DNA from: the human T2T-CHM13v2.0 reference genome, Homo sapiens
Reading direction: 5' to 3' (one strand)
Assembly (NCBI RefSeq): GCF_009914755.1
Contig: NC_060938.1
DNA: 64,000 nucleotides
In this document: positions 1 through 16,620 of the stretch, in pieces
How the letters are laid out: every line of letters starts with the position of its first letter
How positions within the stretch are numbered: the stretch's first letter is position 1
Notes under the pieces: generated by a model
Databases searched by the model: none
Told to the model about the DNA's origin: nothing
The model's input: the letters and a program-made list of their open reading frames with translations, nothing else
Made by a program: the position numbers and the translations under genes

Positions 1-1413
1 GACTCAAACTCTTGGGCTCAAACAATCCTTCCATCTCAGCCTCCCAGAGTACTGGGATTACAGGCGTGAGCCACAGCACCTGGCCTCCTATGATGATTTT
101 GATGCAGAGAAGGCATCTGAAAAAAATTCAGTACTTTTTCTTTGTTGATACAAATTCTTAGAAAGCCAGTCACATTATTTTAACTTGATAATAGTCAAAA
201 ATAATACCACATGTGTGACAAAGCACTTTGGGGGAAAAAAAGAAAAATAATAATACCAGAAACCAATAGCATCTTCCCTAATGGTGAAACACCCACACAT
301 TGCCATTTAAGTCTTGAATAAGATAAAGAAACTCCAGATGCCCACCATTAGTATTCAACATTTTTTGGCAGTACCAGTCAGTGCAATAAAACAGGAAGAA
401 GTAATGAATTATGAAGTTGTATAGGAACAGGGAAAATATGAATTAATTTATACAGATGCACACACATATCTCATTTAAACTGCATGTAAGAGGTAATGGA
501 AGAATTAATAAACTATTAAAAAGGCTATCTCTGGGTGTTAGATAAATAGGTAATTTTACTAGTTTTTTTTGTGTTTCTCAAATTTAACAGGAAAAGGTCA
601 CTTCATAAAACATTTAAAGCAAGAAATTTATTCTATACATGATTGCGAATCTACTGAAGAATTTTAAACAGATTTATATAAACAGGCTTCTAATTTAAAA
701 TATTACTTTGATAACATTGTGGAAAGTCAGTGGAAACAGAATAATGTGGAGGCTATTGTAATTGTCCAGATGTAAGATTTTGAATAGCAGTTGTACATGG
801 ATTATAGAAATATTTAAGTAGAAAATTAATAGGACATAGTGTCTATGTGGGTAATAAAGGTAAAGGAGACATCAAGGATGACTTCCTATCCTCTCTTCCT
901 TTCATTGAATTCATTAAATATTTCAGTGCTATTTGTCAGACATTCTGCCAATAGTCAGATATGAAGCTGAATAAGATACAATTCTATCTTCATTGAGCTC
1001 AGTCTAGTGGGGAAATAGCCCTATTGATAATTTTAGATCAAATGTTCAGTCTTATGAGTACATATTATCTAGGCAAATAGAATAAGGCAATTCAGGTAGC
1101 TGAGACAGCTAGTATAATCACAGTTGTTGTGGGGAGACAGCATGGTTTGTGCAGGGAACAAGCAGTTTAATGCTGAATCAAAAAGGTTAAGGCATAAGGA
1201 ATGCCAGGAGATAGGGCTGGAAAAGACGAAAGAATCAGATGGTGATGGTCCTTAGATTTAATACTAAGGAGCTTAGACTTAATCTTGTGACAGAGAGCCA
1301 CTCAGAACTAGAATGGTCATATTTCTGTTTTAAAAAGGATATTTAGTGACATAGAAAAATAAAATATTTTAGTAATTTATTAGTATCAAGTCAAAATAGT
1401 TATACTGTTACTA

Positions 1414-1756
<343 letters not shown>

Positions 1757-1789
1757 TTAGATGCTATGAGTACATTTTTGGAGTAACTG

Positions 1790-2430
1790 ACTTTATTGAG
1801 ATATAATTTACATGCACTTAAAATGAGTGTGTTTTATTGTATAGTTCAGTGTATTTTGACATATATGTACATCTGTAAAACATACAACTGCTATCAAGTT
1901 GTAGAAGCATCCATCACTCCACAGAGCTTCTCTCCCACGGCCCTTTGCGATGACAATCACCTCTTTCAATCCTCAGGCCCTATGAATATCCACTGATTTG
2001 CTTTCTGTTTTACAAATTTGTCATTTGTGGACATTTCATATAAATGTAATAAGACAATAGGTGGTCTTTTCTGTCAGACTTCTTTTGCTTAGTATAATGT
2101 TTTTGAGATTCATCCATGTTGTTCTTGTATCAGTAGTTTGTAAATTGCTGAGTATCATTTCATTCTTTGAATATCCCACAATTTGACCACTTACCTATTG
2201 ATGGATATTTGGGTTGTTTCCTGTTTATGATTCTAGCAGGTAGGTAATGGTATCTTGTTTTGATTTGCATGTACATAGTGACTAATGATATTGAGCATTA
2301 TTCTATATGTGTATTGGCTATTTCTCTATCTTTTGTGAAATATCCGGTTAGATCTTATTTCCATTTTAATCGTCTTGAGTTGTAAGAGTTCTTAATATAT
2401 TCTGGCTACAAGTTCTTTGTCAGATACATA
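1790..2430 (-). mobile_element. Old L1M 3' fragment
   Basis: TTTTTGAGATTCATCCATGTTG, TTGATGGATATTTGGGTTGTTTCC typical of antisense L1M. Confidence 0.7.
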
Positions 2431-3461
2431 TATCAAGGTGAATATTTTGGTAAAAACAAGTAGCGAAATGTAGGAAGGATATATACCAAAGTGATTATCC
2501 CTAAGTATAATAAAAGTCCATTCTTTTACTTCCTTCCTTTTGGTTATCAATTTTCTGATTTTTCACATTTAACATACATCATTTTTATAATTAAAAAAAT
2601 AATTAGTTTTAAAATACAAAAGGGTCTTGCCTCTGAAGGAAAACAAGGAAAAGTGGTATAGCTAAAGAACAGTACAAGGTCAGGAAAAGGTATTTTTAAA
2701 GATAAGGGATTAGAGTATTTTTATAGGCCAATGGAAAGGAGCAGTAGAATAAAAGAATAGCCTTTTAATTCCTTAACACCGTTGTAGAAGTAGCTGATGA
2801 TATGTGTTGACACTAGAATAAGCAACATATAGGTTAGTAGGGCAGTGGGTAAACACGGGAGTTCTAAATTTCTTTAGAAGGTAAGATCTCAGAGATGTTT
2901 AGGAACTGACTTAAAAGTGGGAATAGGGAGAAAATCTCTAATACGGAAAATTATTATTGAGCTGACTCAGTGTATTTTGTATACCCTTGGTACATTTTTA
3001 ATCCAGAATTATCTTCCCATCCTCAGAGTTTCTTCAGCTGTCAAAAGGTGTATGATCAAGACTACAAATTTCATTTAAAATTAATGTAGACTTAATAAAC
3101 TTTAAAAGGGAAAATACCCTCTTTTAAAAACAACTTTTAGTTACCCACAGTCTTAAATCCTGGGTCTTAAAGCCTTAAAGCCTTGTCCATTGTAAGATTT
3201 TAGTTGAGTTCTTGAAGAAGATAATATTTGCTGTGCCGTCCTGTTTATACATATGGAACTCTACAATTAGAAATATAATTTTCTAAGTACCAAAACCTGA
3301 GGACAGACTGGTTTTGGTACTGTCATTGCTTTGATCCACTTGCTGTGGTAAAATTAATTAATCCCAAAATTATCATCTCTTGGGTTTCATAGGAAAATTA
3401 CTGATAAAATGATTTAAAATAGCCATAAAAGGTATAGAATTACTGGGTTCCTGTATTATGA

Positions 3462-3758
<297 letters not shown>

Positions 3759-4519
3759 TGTTTTAAGATTTTCTTAATCAGTCTTTGAAGCACCATAAAT
3801 AGTAGGTGCCATTCTAAAGATAAGGAAACAGGCTAAAAAAATTTATAACCAAGGGGAGTTTATCCTAGGAAGACAAAGATTTCTCGACTGTGGGAAATTT
3901 AATGTAATCCATTATATTATGGTGATTGTTCCATTACACTCATATAAATTCATCTTGTTAGACTGTCAGTCTTTTTTTTTAATTATATAAAAAAATTTAT
4001 AAAATAGAGACAGGGTCTCACTGTGTTGCCCAGGCTGGTCTCAAACTCCTGGGCTTAAGCAATCCGCTTGCCTCAGCCTCTCAAAGTGCTGGGATTACAG
4101 GTGTGAGCCACTGCACCCAGCCTGACTATAACTCTTTAAGTTGTCATCTCTGATTTTAAATAGTCACATAAATGATTTAAAAACTATAAAATAGCAAGGT
4201 AACTGTTAGGACAGTTTTTCTTTTCTTATGTAATTATTATTAATGAATTTTATGGTATGTTGGGTGAAACGTTCAAGATGGAAGTATTTTGTCTATAGGC
4301 GTAAGTACCAAAATATTATTTAGTGTTTTTTTAATAAGAAATACTGTTGTTTTATCCATAATAACAAGATTGAAAACTCTAATAATTCTTTTTAGTGATT
4401 TTATTTCTTACAAGTATTTTTATTATTTTAATTTGTACTTAAAAAATATGACCCTGCATACAGGTGCTACTGATACTTCCTATAATCTAGGAAGAATAAT
4501 CTTTATTTTTGTTTCTTAG

Positions 4520-4696
<177 letters not shown>

Positions 4697-5102
4697 TAGC
4701 CTATTTTGATGTTTACAACCCCATCTATAACATAGTAGTTATTGTTGGATTATATATTTTCAGATTTAAAATGAACCAAATTATTTTTGAAACAACTTTT
4801 TCTTTAAAAATTAGGCAAAAATTCTTCCCCCCTTTGGTTGTATTTTCTGTAAGTTTAATTATCTAGGGTGTGTAGACCTTTACATTGATGTTATCTTCCG
4901 AAGTTTAGTAAGCATTTTAGACTTTCATAACCCATTCCAGAGTATGCCCTTAGTATACTTAACACATCTTTATTATTAGCTCTAATTAATTATAACACTT
5001 TTAAAGATTTAATGGTCAGAATACTATGTACATAGGTTAAAAATCACTCTGCAGAAATAAATCATGCTGTTACTTAAAATGCCATGGATTTCTTTGAAAC
5101 AG

Positions 5103-5249
5103 GCACTTTTACTGGCCCACGATAAGGTTGCTGAGCAGGAAATGCAGCTAGAGCCCATTACAGATGAGAGAGTTTATGAAAGTATTGGCCAGTATGGAGG
5201 AGAAACTGTAAAAATAGTTCGTATAGAAAAGGCTCGTGATACTCCGTTG
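5103..5249 (+). CDS. PALS1: PALS1 coding exon (end of L27C, start of PDZ), [12 protein letters not shown]...[10 protein letters not shown]
   Basis: cag acceptor, gtaagt donor; 147 nt; lies inside ORF 5064..5447. Confidence 0.97.
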
Positions 5250-5540
5250 GTAAGTGTCCCACATACTGTTTTTAAACAAGTGCATTTTTCTGCTGTTGTG
5301 TGCTTCAAAAGTCTGGTTAATTTCAGAATTCTAATGAATAGAGTATTTCTGAAGCAGAAAGTGTGGGGGAAATGGTCAACTTTTAAATCTAATTACAATT
5401 ACTCTAGTTGTGTAAATAAATTTTTTCTTAAGATAACTGAAGGTTAGTATTGTTGAATGGAAAAAATAGAATTTAAAAATAAATGCTTAACAAAAATTGT
5501 ATTATTTTTATTTTTAAATTATACATATATATATTTTTAG

Positions 5541-5708
<168 letters not shown>

Positions 5709-6119
5709 TGACGCAGCTAGAAGAATAATTGATAGCTTTTAGAAAGCTCTTATTAGACTTTAGAATAAAATATTTTTAAAATAACTGTTAAGAGCACTAG
5801 ATGATTTCTAGCCTGATTTTTCCATGATGTAACTGTTCCACAGTATTTGTTAGCAGTTTTATTTTTGGGTGGTACCACTGATATTTTTTTACTTTCTGAT
5901 GTATCACTATCACATATATTTTATTTTTCTGGAATCAGTAATATAACTCATTAATTCACTCAGTACATATTTATTGAGTGCCTAATATGCACTAGCCACT
6001 TGGGAAACAGTAACAAAACAAAGTCTGTGTCCTGATGATTTTTTGTGTTCTTTTATTTTATTATCTGTAATTGATTGTTGTTTTCCTAATAATATTAGAT
6101 AATAACAGTGCTATAGATC

Positions 6120-6317
6120 TGCAGTGTCCGGCATAATAATCACTAGCTGCATATAGCTATTTCTGTTTAAATTAAGTAAAATTTAAAATTCAGTTCCTTA
6201 TTCGCACTAGCTGCATTTCAAGTGCTGAGAAGCAGTATGTAGCTAATGGCTACCATTATTAAGATACAGAAATAGCACATTTCCATCATTGGAGAAAGTT
6301 CTATTGGATAGTGCTAG
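6120..6317. mobile_element. MER3-like hAT MITE
   Basis: CACTAGCTGCATTTCAAGTGCT...GAAAGTTCTATTGGATAGTGCT. Confidence 0.7.
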
Positions 6318-6652
6318 TATAATCAGAAAATCATTTCTAGACATCTTTTGAGTGCAATTTATGATCACTTTGTACACACGCACAGACTAGATTTATGGTC
6401 CTAGTTATTCAGCATCTGTTATTACAGTGGAATCTGTACTATCTACTGATTCTGTTGTAAAATCTAGAGACATCTTCACACACTTATTTTCATCCAGCCC
6501 CATTCATTGCTTTGGTAGAGCAAAGTGCTGCTGGTCATTTAAGTCTGTGGAGGGGTTCTGAAATAGTCCAGTTTAGGGAATATAGATCATAAAATCATGG
6601 AATGATTTTCATAAATGCAAATTTAAAAAATAACCTGATCTTTCTATTACAG

Positions 6653-6730
6653 TCTGATATGCATGGTACTTTGACTTTTGTCCTGATTCCCAGTCAACAG
6701 ATCAAGCCGCCTCCTGCCAAGGAAACAGTA
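6653..6730 (+). CDS. PALS1: PALS1 coding exon (PDZ end/linker), [26 protein letters not shown]
   Basis: cag acceptor, gtaagt donor; 78 nt. Confidence 0.96.
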
Positions 6731-6854
6731 GTAAGTGATTTTTAAATGTTCATTATTTATGTGTTTGTGGATGCTGTTTACTTCTGTTACTGTTTACTGT
6801 TACAGAAATGTCACTGTTTCCTGTACTCAAATAAATTCAATCATTTTTATTTAA

Positions 6855-7198
<344 letters not shown>

Positions 7199-7389
7199 AA
7201 CTCTGCACCTTTTTAAAATAAAAAGTAGAAAATAATTTCAGTTTCAGAATTTTTTTTATAGTTATAGGTGGGTTTACTTAACTTAGTATGGAGTAGGGCA
7301 AGTGCTTTTTAAAAAGTATGTGTAACCCTTCTTTTAGAGTATATTGTTCTGTTAGACATTTACTCAGCTAGATCTGTTAAAAGTCAGTC

Positions 7390-7945
7390 TCCATTACCAT
7401 ACAGTCAAGCAATTGCATTCCAAAGTATATATCCAAAAGGACTGAAAACATATATTCACATAAGAATGTCTACATGAATGTTCATAGCAGCAGCATTCAC
7501 AGTAGCTAGAAAGTAGTAACAACCCAAATGTCTGTCAGGTGATGAATCAAAGACAAAATATGTATGTATGATGGGATATTATTTGATAATTTTAAAAGCC
7601 TACAGTACTGATATATGCTACAACATGGATGAACCTTGAAGAAATTATGCTGAGCGAAGGAAGCCAGTCACAAAAGGCCATATATTGGTTCATTTATATA
7701 AAATGTCCAGAATAGGTAAATCCATAGGAGAGAAAGCAGATTAGTAATTCCTTAGATGTGGAGATGAGGATTTATGAGGGAATGGTGATTACTAATCAGT
7801 ACCAAGTTTCTTTTTGAGGGCATAAGTATGTTTTAAAATTGTTTGTGGTGATAATTGTACAAATCTGTGAATAAACTAAAACCATCCAATTGTGTACATG
7901 AGTGAATTGTATATGAATTATATATCAATAAAGCTATTTAAAAAT
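7390..7945 (+). mobile_element. Old L1M (L1MB/MC-like) 3' fragment
   Basis: CAACCCAAATGTC, ACATGGATGAACCTTGAA, ends TCAATAAAGCT. Confidence 0.75.
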
Positions 7946-8416
7946 GAAACTTTAAAGTGTTGAATTAACATGGAAGCTTGATGTATTGCATCTGTTATTC
8001 TTAACTTTAAAGCATAGCAGTTTGAGAAAGAACACAGTTTCATTTTTCTCTCAATATTTCATCACAGGTATGCTTTATAGTTTGGCTATCATTCCATGTT
8101 TTCCCTTAATTTTTTACAGAACATACGGAAGTTGATATTGTATCTGCAACCTACTTTATGTTTACAGTTTTTTTGCAGGAAGAGAAATGAGGAAATATAG
8201 TTTGTCTTTGAATTTAAACAGCTTGATTCTCTGTGCATTGTGCTGTTCCCTGTATCTCTTCTGTGTATAAGCCCTGAACTTCAAAAGTAGCTCTGCAAAC
8301 TGAGGAAACATAACAGAGGAGGGTTGGAATATACTCCTACTTACTTATCTACAATAATCCATCCCTCCTGAGTAAATGACTTTTGTCTTTTGAGAATAAA
8401 TGTCAGAAGTTAAGAC

Positions 8417-8711
8417 ATTTTTTTTTTTTGAGGTGGGATCTGGCTCTATTATCCAGGCTGGAGTGCAGTGATGTGATCACGACTCCTGCAGCCTTGACTG
8501 CCTGGGCTCAAGCAGTCCTCCTACCTCAGCCTCCCTAGTAGCTGGAAACACAGATGCATACTACCACATCCGGCTAATTTTTTTGTACTTTTGGTAGAGA
8601 TGGCTTTCACTATGTTGCCCAGGCTAGTCTCGAACTCCTGAGCTCAAGTGGTCCACCCGCCTCGGCCTCCCGAAGTGTTGGGATTACAGACGTGAGCCAC
8701 AATGCCCAGCC
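8417..8711 (-). mobile_element. Alu (AluJ-like)
   Basis: full dimer; TSD AAGACAT. Confidence 0.9.
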
Positions 8712-9098
8712 AAGACATGTTTTCTCAACATTTTTTTCCTGCTATTCATGCAGAATCTGGAATTCTGTAAAAGAAAAGCCATTTTTTTCATGGATAGAAT
8801 TAATCGAAGTGTTACATTGAAACTTGTTGATTCTCGTTGTATGCAAAACAGAATATCAAAGCAATTAACTTACACAGATTGTTTCAACCTAAGAATGAAA
8901 TAACTTACTTATCCTTTAGTGGTTATTTAACCCCCAACTTTCATTATTGATTAAGAATAAAAGGCTGGTTTAATCTGAAGACCAAAGGAATATAGGTTCA
9001 TGGTGAACAATCTCTGGAACTACTTAACTGGAAAATGAAGTAGCTTAAAAAGGAAGAAAGTGGGAGAAAGAGCAAAATGCCACATCTATCCCTTTTAA

Positions 9099-9798
<700 letters not shown>

Positions 9799-10944
9799 CC
9801 TTCTTTTCTCTTTTTATTATGAATAACTCTCAATTGCAATATATCTTGCCAAGTTTTGTCAGACCTAACTGGCTTAAAATGAACTGCTATTATTAAAGCT
9901 CATTGAGGCTGTCCAGAAAGGAAACAGTAATAGGAAATCATAATCTTGGTTGACATATGCAGAATAATTATCTATGGAATTAATAATCTAAAGAAATTAG
10001 AACCAATTTATTGAGTATCATTATGGTACAGGTCAGCATCTGTTGATAGCAGCAGCAGCAGATATCTTCCTGATTTATGTTTTGTGATGTTAGAAATGTG
10101 TTTAAGACAGATATACAAAATAAGTGTTATCTGAAACCCCTATATAATGACTTGTTGAATTATGATGTCATGTATGGCAATAATAAGCTGTGTCAGAAGT
10201 GCTCTCTTGAGTTCTTAAATTTCTTTTGTATCACACATAGCAATCAGTGGCTGCTCTTTCAGTAGCAGAGGGCAAGAGTCTTGGCACCTCTGTATTTCAC
10301 TTCCTGAGTAACTGGCACATTTGATCTAGGAAATGCATACATTATTCAAACGTACAGTTTCCTTCTCTCGGCCTTTTTAAAAAAAGGAAGGATTGGATTT
10401 CCCAGACTAGTTTGTAAAACTTTAGATTATTCTATACTATAATAATATGTAGGGAGGGCATAATAGACTTTTATCTGAATGGGACTTTTTCATTTAGTCT
10501 AATGCCATAATCTAACAAGGAGTGTATTTAAATGAAGAAGGATCACATCGCTTATTAGTTACAGAATATGTACCAGAAAATTAACAGATTATTGATTGTT
10601 TAATACATATAAGCTATTATTATGATTATGTACTCTGTGCCAGGCACTACAGAGATAACTGTGTTGTAAAGAAAAGTTGAGAACCACTGCTATCAAATAC
10701 ATTGCTTTCCCATTATAGGTATAAAAATGTATTAATAAAGACATTTATTTCTTGGTGGATGTGGGGAAAGGAGAAATTCTAGTGTTGTGTGGAGATACTT
10801 AAAAACTTGCTTGGTGCTATAAAGGCTTTCCTTGACTCACTTTCACTATTTTCTCTTCTACAATGAACTTTAAGAGTTAAAGATAAATCTGCGATAGTAA
10901 GAGATACAGAAATAAAAATTACAAAGAAAAATATTTTGGTAGCA

Positions 10945-11378
10945 GAGATGTGGAATCAACCTAAATGCCCATCGATGATAGATTCGATAAAGAAAATGTG
11001 GTATATATACACCATGGAATACGAATGCAGCCATAAAAAAATGAGATCATATCCTTTGCAGGGACATGGATGGAGTTGGAGGCCATTGTCCTTAGCAAAC
11101 TAACACAGGAACAGAAAACCAAAAACCACATGTTCTCTTACATGTGGGAGCTAAATGATGAGAACACGTGGACACATAAAGGGGAACAACACACACTAGG
11201 GTCTTTCAGAGGGTAGAGGGCAGGGGGAGGGAGAGGATCAGGAAAAGTAACTAATGGGTACTAGGCTTAATACCTGGGTGATGAAATAATCTGTACAACA
11301 AACCCCCAACACACAAGTTTACCTATGTAACAAACCTGCAGTTGGATCCCTGAACTTAACAGTTTAAAAAAAAAAAAA
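10945..11378 (+). mobile_element. L1 3' end fragment (L1PA13-16-like)
   Basis: AAGAAAATGTGGTATATATACACCATGGAATAC...CCTGAACTTAA + poly(A). Confidence 0.88.
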
Positions 11379-11638
11379 GTCAGTGTAAAAAGTATAAAAG
11401 CCAACCTAATACTTAGACAATAGAAAAGGGAAAAACCAAACTTCCTTTTTTTTTTTTTTCTTTTTTTTCTCTTTGATTTTGAGGGCGTCACCAATGTGAT
11501 AGCCTTACCTTCATGAGTACTAACCTTTCCATTAAGCTAATCCCAAAGTTGTCTCCCAAGTACACTGTCCAGGTGGTTGTGGCAAATTTATACTTTTCCA
11601 AAGGAGTGTCCATTGAGCAAGTGGAATATAGATCCTGA

Positions 11639-12283
<645 letters not shown>

Positions 12284-14160
12284 TGAGGCCCTGGACCTTT
12301 CCTATGAGGGTCAGCTTATCTCCTTCATTTTAAAGGGGCTTTTTTTGTTGTATGAGAAACAAAATAATTTTGACACTAGCAGGAAAGATTGGTGGAGATA
12401 ACTTCTAGAACTGGTAAGAATTAATCAGTGGAATATATGGATAAAAGTCATATAGTATCTGTTAAGGCAATACCCAGACTTTAACTCATTCAAATCATTA
12501 ATTTTTCAGATGTGAAATAAATTTTCCTTAGGAAAAATTAATAAGAGCCTTTTCCTCTTAATTTTAGGAAAGTAAGAGCTTTTTCTCTTAATTTTAGGGT
12601 ATATTTTAGATGGGACTAGAGAAACTTGTCACATAAGTAAAGCATGTTCTCTTCCCAGCCTACACAAAGAGGGGCCCTGTTCCAAGCCAGTTAAATTAGA
12701 ATAGTTAAGGGATGAGAACTGCATAGGCAAGAGTACATGGAAAAGCATCTCTGGGTGATTTTGTTGGCCTATGGCAATGGTCATAAATGTAGATATTCCC
12801 TCCTCACGGGTCTTAATTTCTCTCAGGGTAGTAGTTCCCTAAGATTGCTGTACCTAATAATTACCCAAGGAACCTGATTAAAATTCAGAGTCTGAGAGTC
12901 TGAGGTGCGGCATGAGAATTCATCATTTTAATAAACATCCTAGGCAGGTGATCTGAGCAAAAACACTTTGAAAAACAACATACTGGGTAGGCTTTCAGAA
13001 AGTGATTTGATAAAATTGTCAATCAAGATTGACAAGTACTTTGATTTGATCTTTGAAAAATCTGGTAAAATTGATCTCTCCACTACAAGTGATGCCAAAA
13101 ATTCCATTTTTAGATTCTCAAGGTTTTTTTTTTTTGGCAAAAAAGTAACAAACAGATTCTAGAAGTATTATTGATAGGATGGTGCTCAAGCACTTTTTTT
13201 TTTTTAAAGAAAACATATTTCTAGATAAAACTACATAGGAGATTTTTCCTCATGCCAAGATTATAAATTTGTATAATCTTTTTGCTCAATCTCTTAACTG
13301 TGTTTTGATTCACTGCTATCCCACACAACTTTCTAAAATTCATTTTTAGTGCTGACTGAGAAAGATTTCAAGATTTTAATAAAAACTGTTTTTTCACATC
13401 TAGAATGAGGTTCTTTAGGGCACTTTGCATTTAGGATGAGCCACAACACTTTCAAATTTGGTGTGTTATCTTAACTATATTTGGTACAAGATTATATACT
13501 ATGCTATTCCATGTATATGAATTAATATACAGGGGAAAATAATCAGTGTTTCTAGAAATCAGGATGATGTTTATCCTTGGAGGGGATGGGATGGGTAGTG
13601 ATGGAAAGAGACCAGGTGGGGCCTCTGAGGTGTTGGTGATATGATGGTTGTTGATTTGGATGCTAGTTATACAGGTCTGTTTAGTTAGTGAAAATTCACT
13701 ATGCTATACACTTATGATAATGTGTATTTTTTGTGTATCAAAAGTTACTCCCAAAAGGCATAATAACATTTAAGTTTTGCTGGTAGCTGTTTAACTTTTA
13801 TATCTTTGTATTTTTAACCAGATCATTTTTTAACCTTAGTTTCAGTTTGTATATTAGGACTCAGCTTTATTTCCTATTTATAGAAGTTAATAAAATATTC
13901 TTTGAAATTAAAAAATATTCTTTAATGACAAGCCAAAAATTTTTTAAAAAGCCATTTATCTGTCTATCTATCTATCTATGTCTATCTTTGTCACTTAGCA
14001 TTTTTTCCAATTTCATATAGTCTGTCATCGACAGTACTCATTTTAGTCAGTGTCTCAAGTGCTTAAAGAGCGCTTAAAAAGTGCCCCTTTTGGGGTAGAC
14101 TGGTATTACTTTTATTACATATAACCTCAATTATGGTGAGAGTAAAACACTTAAAGCTAA

Positions 14161-14461
14161 GGCCAGGCGTGGTGGCTCGTGTCTGTAATCCCAGCACTTT
14201 GGGAGGCCAAGGCAGGTGGATCACCTGAGGTCAGGAGTTCAAGACCAGTGTGGCCAACTGGCGAAATCCTGTTTCTACTAAACATACAAAAATTAGCTGG
14301 GCGTTGTGGTGAGTGCCTGTAATCCCAGCTACTCGGGAGGCTCAGACAGGAGAATCACTTGAACCCGGGAGATGGAGTTTGCAGTGAGCCAAGATTGTGC
14401 CACTGAACTCCAGCCTGGGCAACAGAGCGAGACTCCGTCTCAAAAAAAAAAAAAAAAAAAA
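14161..14461 (+). mobile_element. Alu (AluS-like)
   Basis: full dimer + poly(A). Confidence 0.92.
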
Positions 14462-15657
14462 GCCAAAGCCAAATAATATTTGGATAGAAATGGACCTTGA
14501 ATTCTTAGACTGTTTGTCTTTTGCTTGGTTCGTTGAGCCTGAACTTGGAATTTAACCTATGTGTGACAGAAATGCTCACTGCAAATATGTGGGCAGAAAT
14601 GCTCATTACAAATTTGTGTGAGATCTCATTAGATGAAGTAGATTTCTTATAGATTTTGGAAGTGTCACATGCAACTTGCCCAGGTTAGGTAAAAATTAGA
14701 CATGGGGAAATTAAAGAGAATTTTAATTCCTTTATAACTTCTTAGAAGTAAGAATAGTCTGTCATATCTTACAGAGGCATATTGGAAGAAATGGCATACA
14801 GAATAGCTTATAAAGTTCATGAGAGTTACTACCTGCCCTTAATGCTAAGTAGAATAGCACAATTCTTTGATTTATTCTGATTTCCAAAAACACATTATTA
14901 GCAAAAATTATAACTTGTACCGTTAATAATATGTCAAAGCCTACATAGCATACAAATAAGAATTGATTATAAACTTGATTTAGTTAATTTTAGTCGTTGA
15001 TAGTGTGCTTGTTTCATGAACATATCCTTTAAAAGAAACGCCAAGAGAGTTTAAGGCATAGTTGGACTGACAGTGGGGTCAAGAGACAATGACAGCCCCA
15101 GGGAAGCTCATATTTACCTGCTTAGATGAAGAGATGTGGTAAGGTAAAGTGTACCTTTTCTAGTAGCTGTGGTTTGGAAATTGCATACCTTATTGCAGAG
15201 TCATTGTTTTCACAGGTCAGGATTCTATTCTATTTCTGCTTCTCTCAAGCTTTTGAGGCACCTTGTACCTCAGCTTGTAGCTGCGAACAGTGTTGTGGAT
15301 ATCCTTGTACATATCTGCAAGTCAACAGAGAAGATAACAGATCAGCCTGAAAAAATATTGCCCAAAAACACTGTTACTTAACACCCTTCTTCCAACTACA
15401 GTTTCTTTGCACTGATGAAAAATTGTGGCCAAGTGCAGTGGCTCACACCTATAATCCCACCACTTTGGGAGGCTGAGGGAGAAGGATCGCTTGAGGCTAG
15501 AAATTTGAGATTATCCTGGACAACATACTGAGATGCTGTCTCTATTAAATTTTTTTAAAATTAAAAAATAATAAAAAATTTGTAGCATTTAAATTGTATT
15601 CATATGAAACATTTTATATTGCCATTTATTGTTGTTTTTGCCCTTTTTATCTTTTAG

Positions 15658-15885
<228 letters not shown>

Positions 15886-16408
15886 TGAAAATGCAAGCCT
15901 TCACAAAGAAAAACTCACTCTTTCATGCCTCTATTTAATAAAGTATTCCAGTTACTTTTTCGTGTAGTTGGGTTTTTATGTTGTACCTGCAGCGTAAGTA
16001 TATTAAATAGAATGTGGCCAATTCTTTGGCCTTTAGAATGGAATTATGTATAACTTCAGCCAATCCCATATTGTAGTACATTTCCTGTATACATATTAAG
16101 ATGACCGTATTATCGAGGCAATACAACTTGTATTATACTATATACTATATACTATGACATTAATTGGAGCATCAACATGATTTTTGAGAAGGAAAGATGC
16201 ATAACTTTATAAGGAGTCAGGAAAAGTAACATCATAGAATTTATTGTACCAAACGTGATCTTAGGGCAGAAACAGGATGCTCCAAATTTTTTATTGATGA
16301 AACTATCCCTAACTTAGACTAAACTAAAACTTTAGCTTACATTATAGATTAAGATTATTAAGGGGACATGTTTCTGAGAGTTAAGATGATACAAAATAGA
16401 ACAAAGTA

Positions 16409-16620
16409 CAGTCATGCATCACTTAACGACAGGGATAAGTTCTGAGAAATGTGCCATTAGGTGATTTCATTGTTGTGCAAACATCACTGAGTGTATTTAC
16501 ACAAACCTAGATGATATAGCCTGCTGTACAGCTAGGCTATGTGGTATAGCCTATTCCTCCAACCACCATCATATATATGGTTGGTTGTTGACTGAAATGT
16601 TGTTATGCAGTGCATGACTG
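16409..16620. mobile_element. Tigger3-family MITE, internally deleted
   Basis: TIRs CAGTCATGC...GCATGACTG flanked by TA on both sides. Confidence 0.85.

Noticed and set aside
14078-14096. CTCF-like AGTGCCCCTTTTGGG
   Set aside because: Spacing is one base short of the core consensus; weak match.
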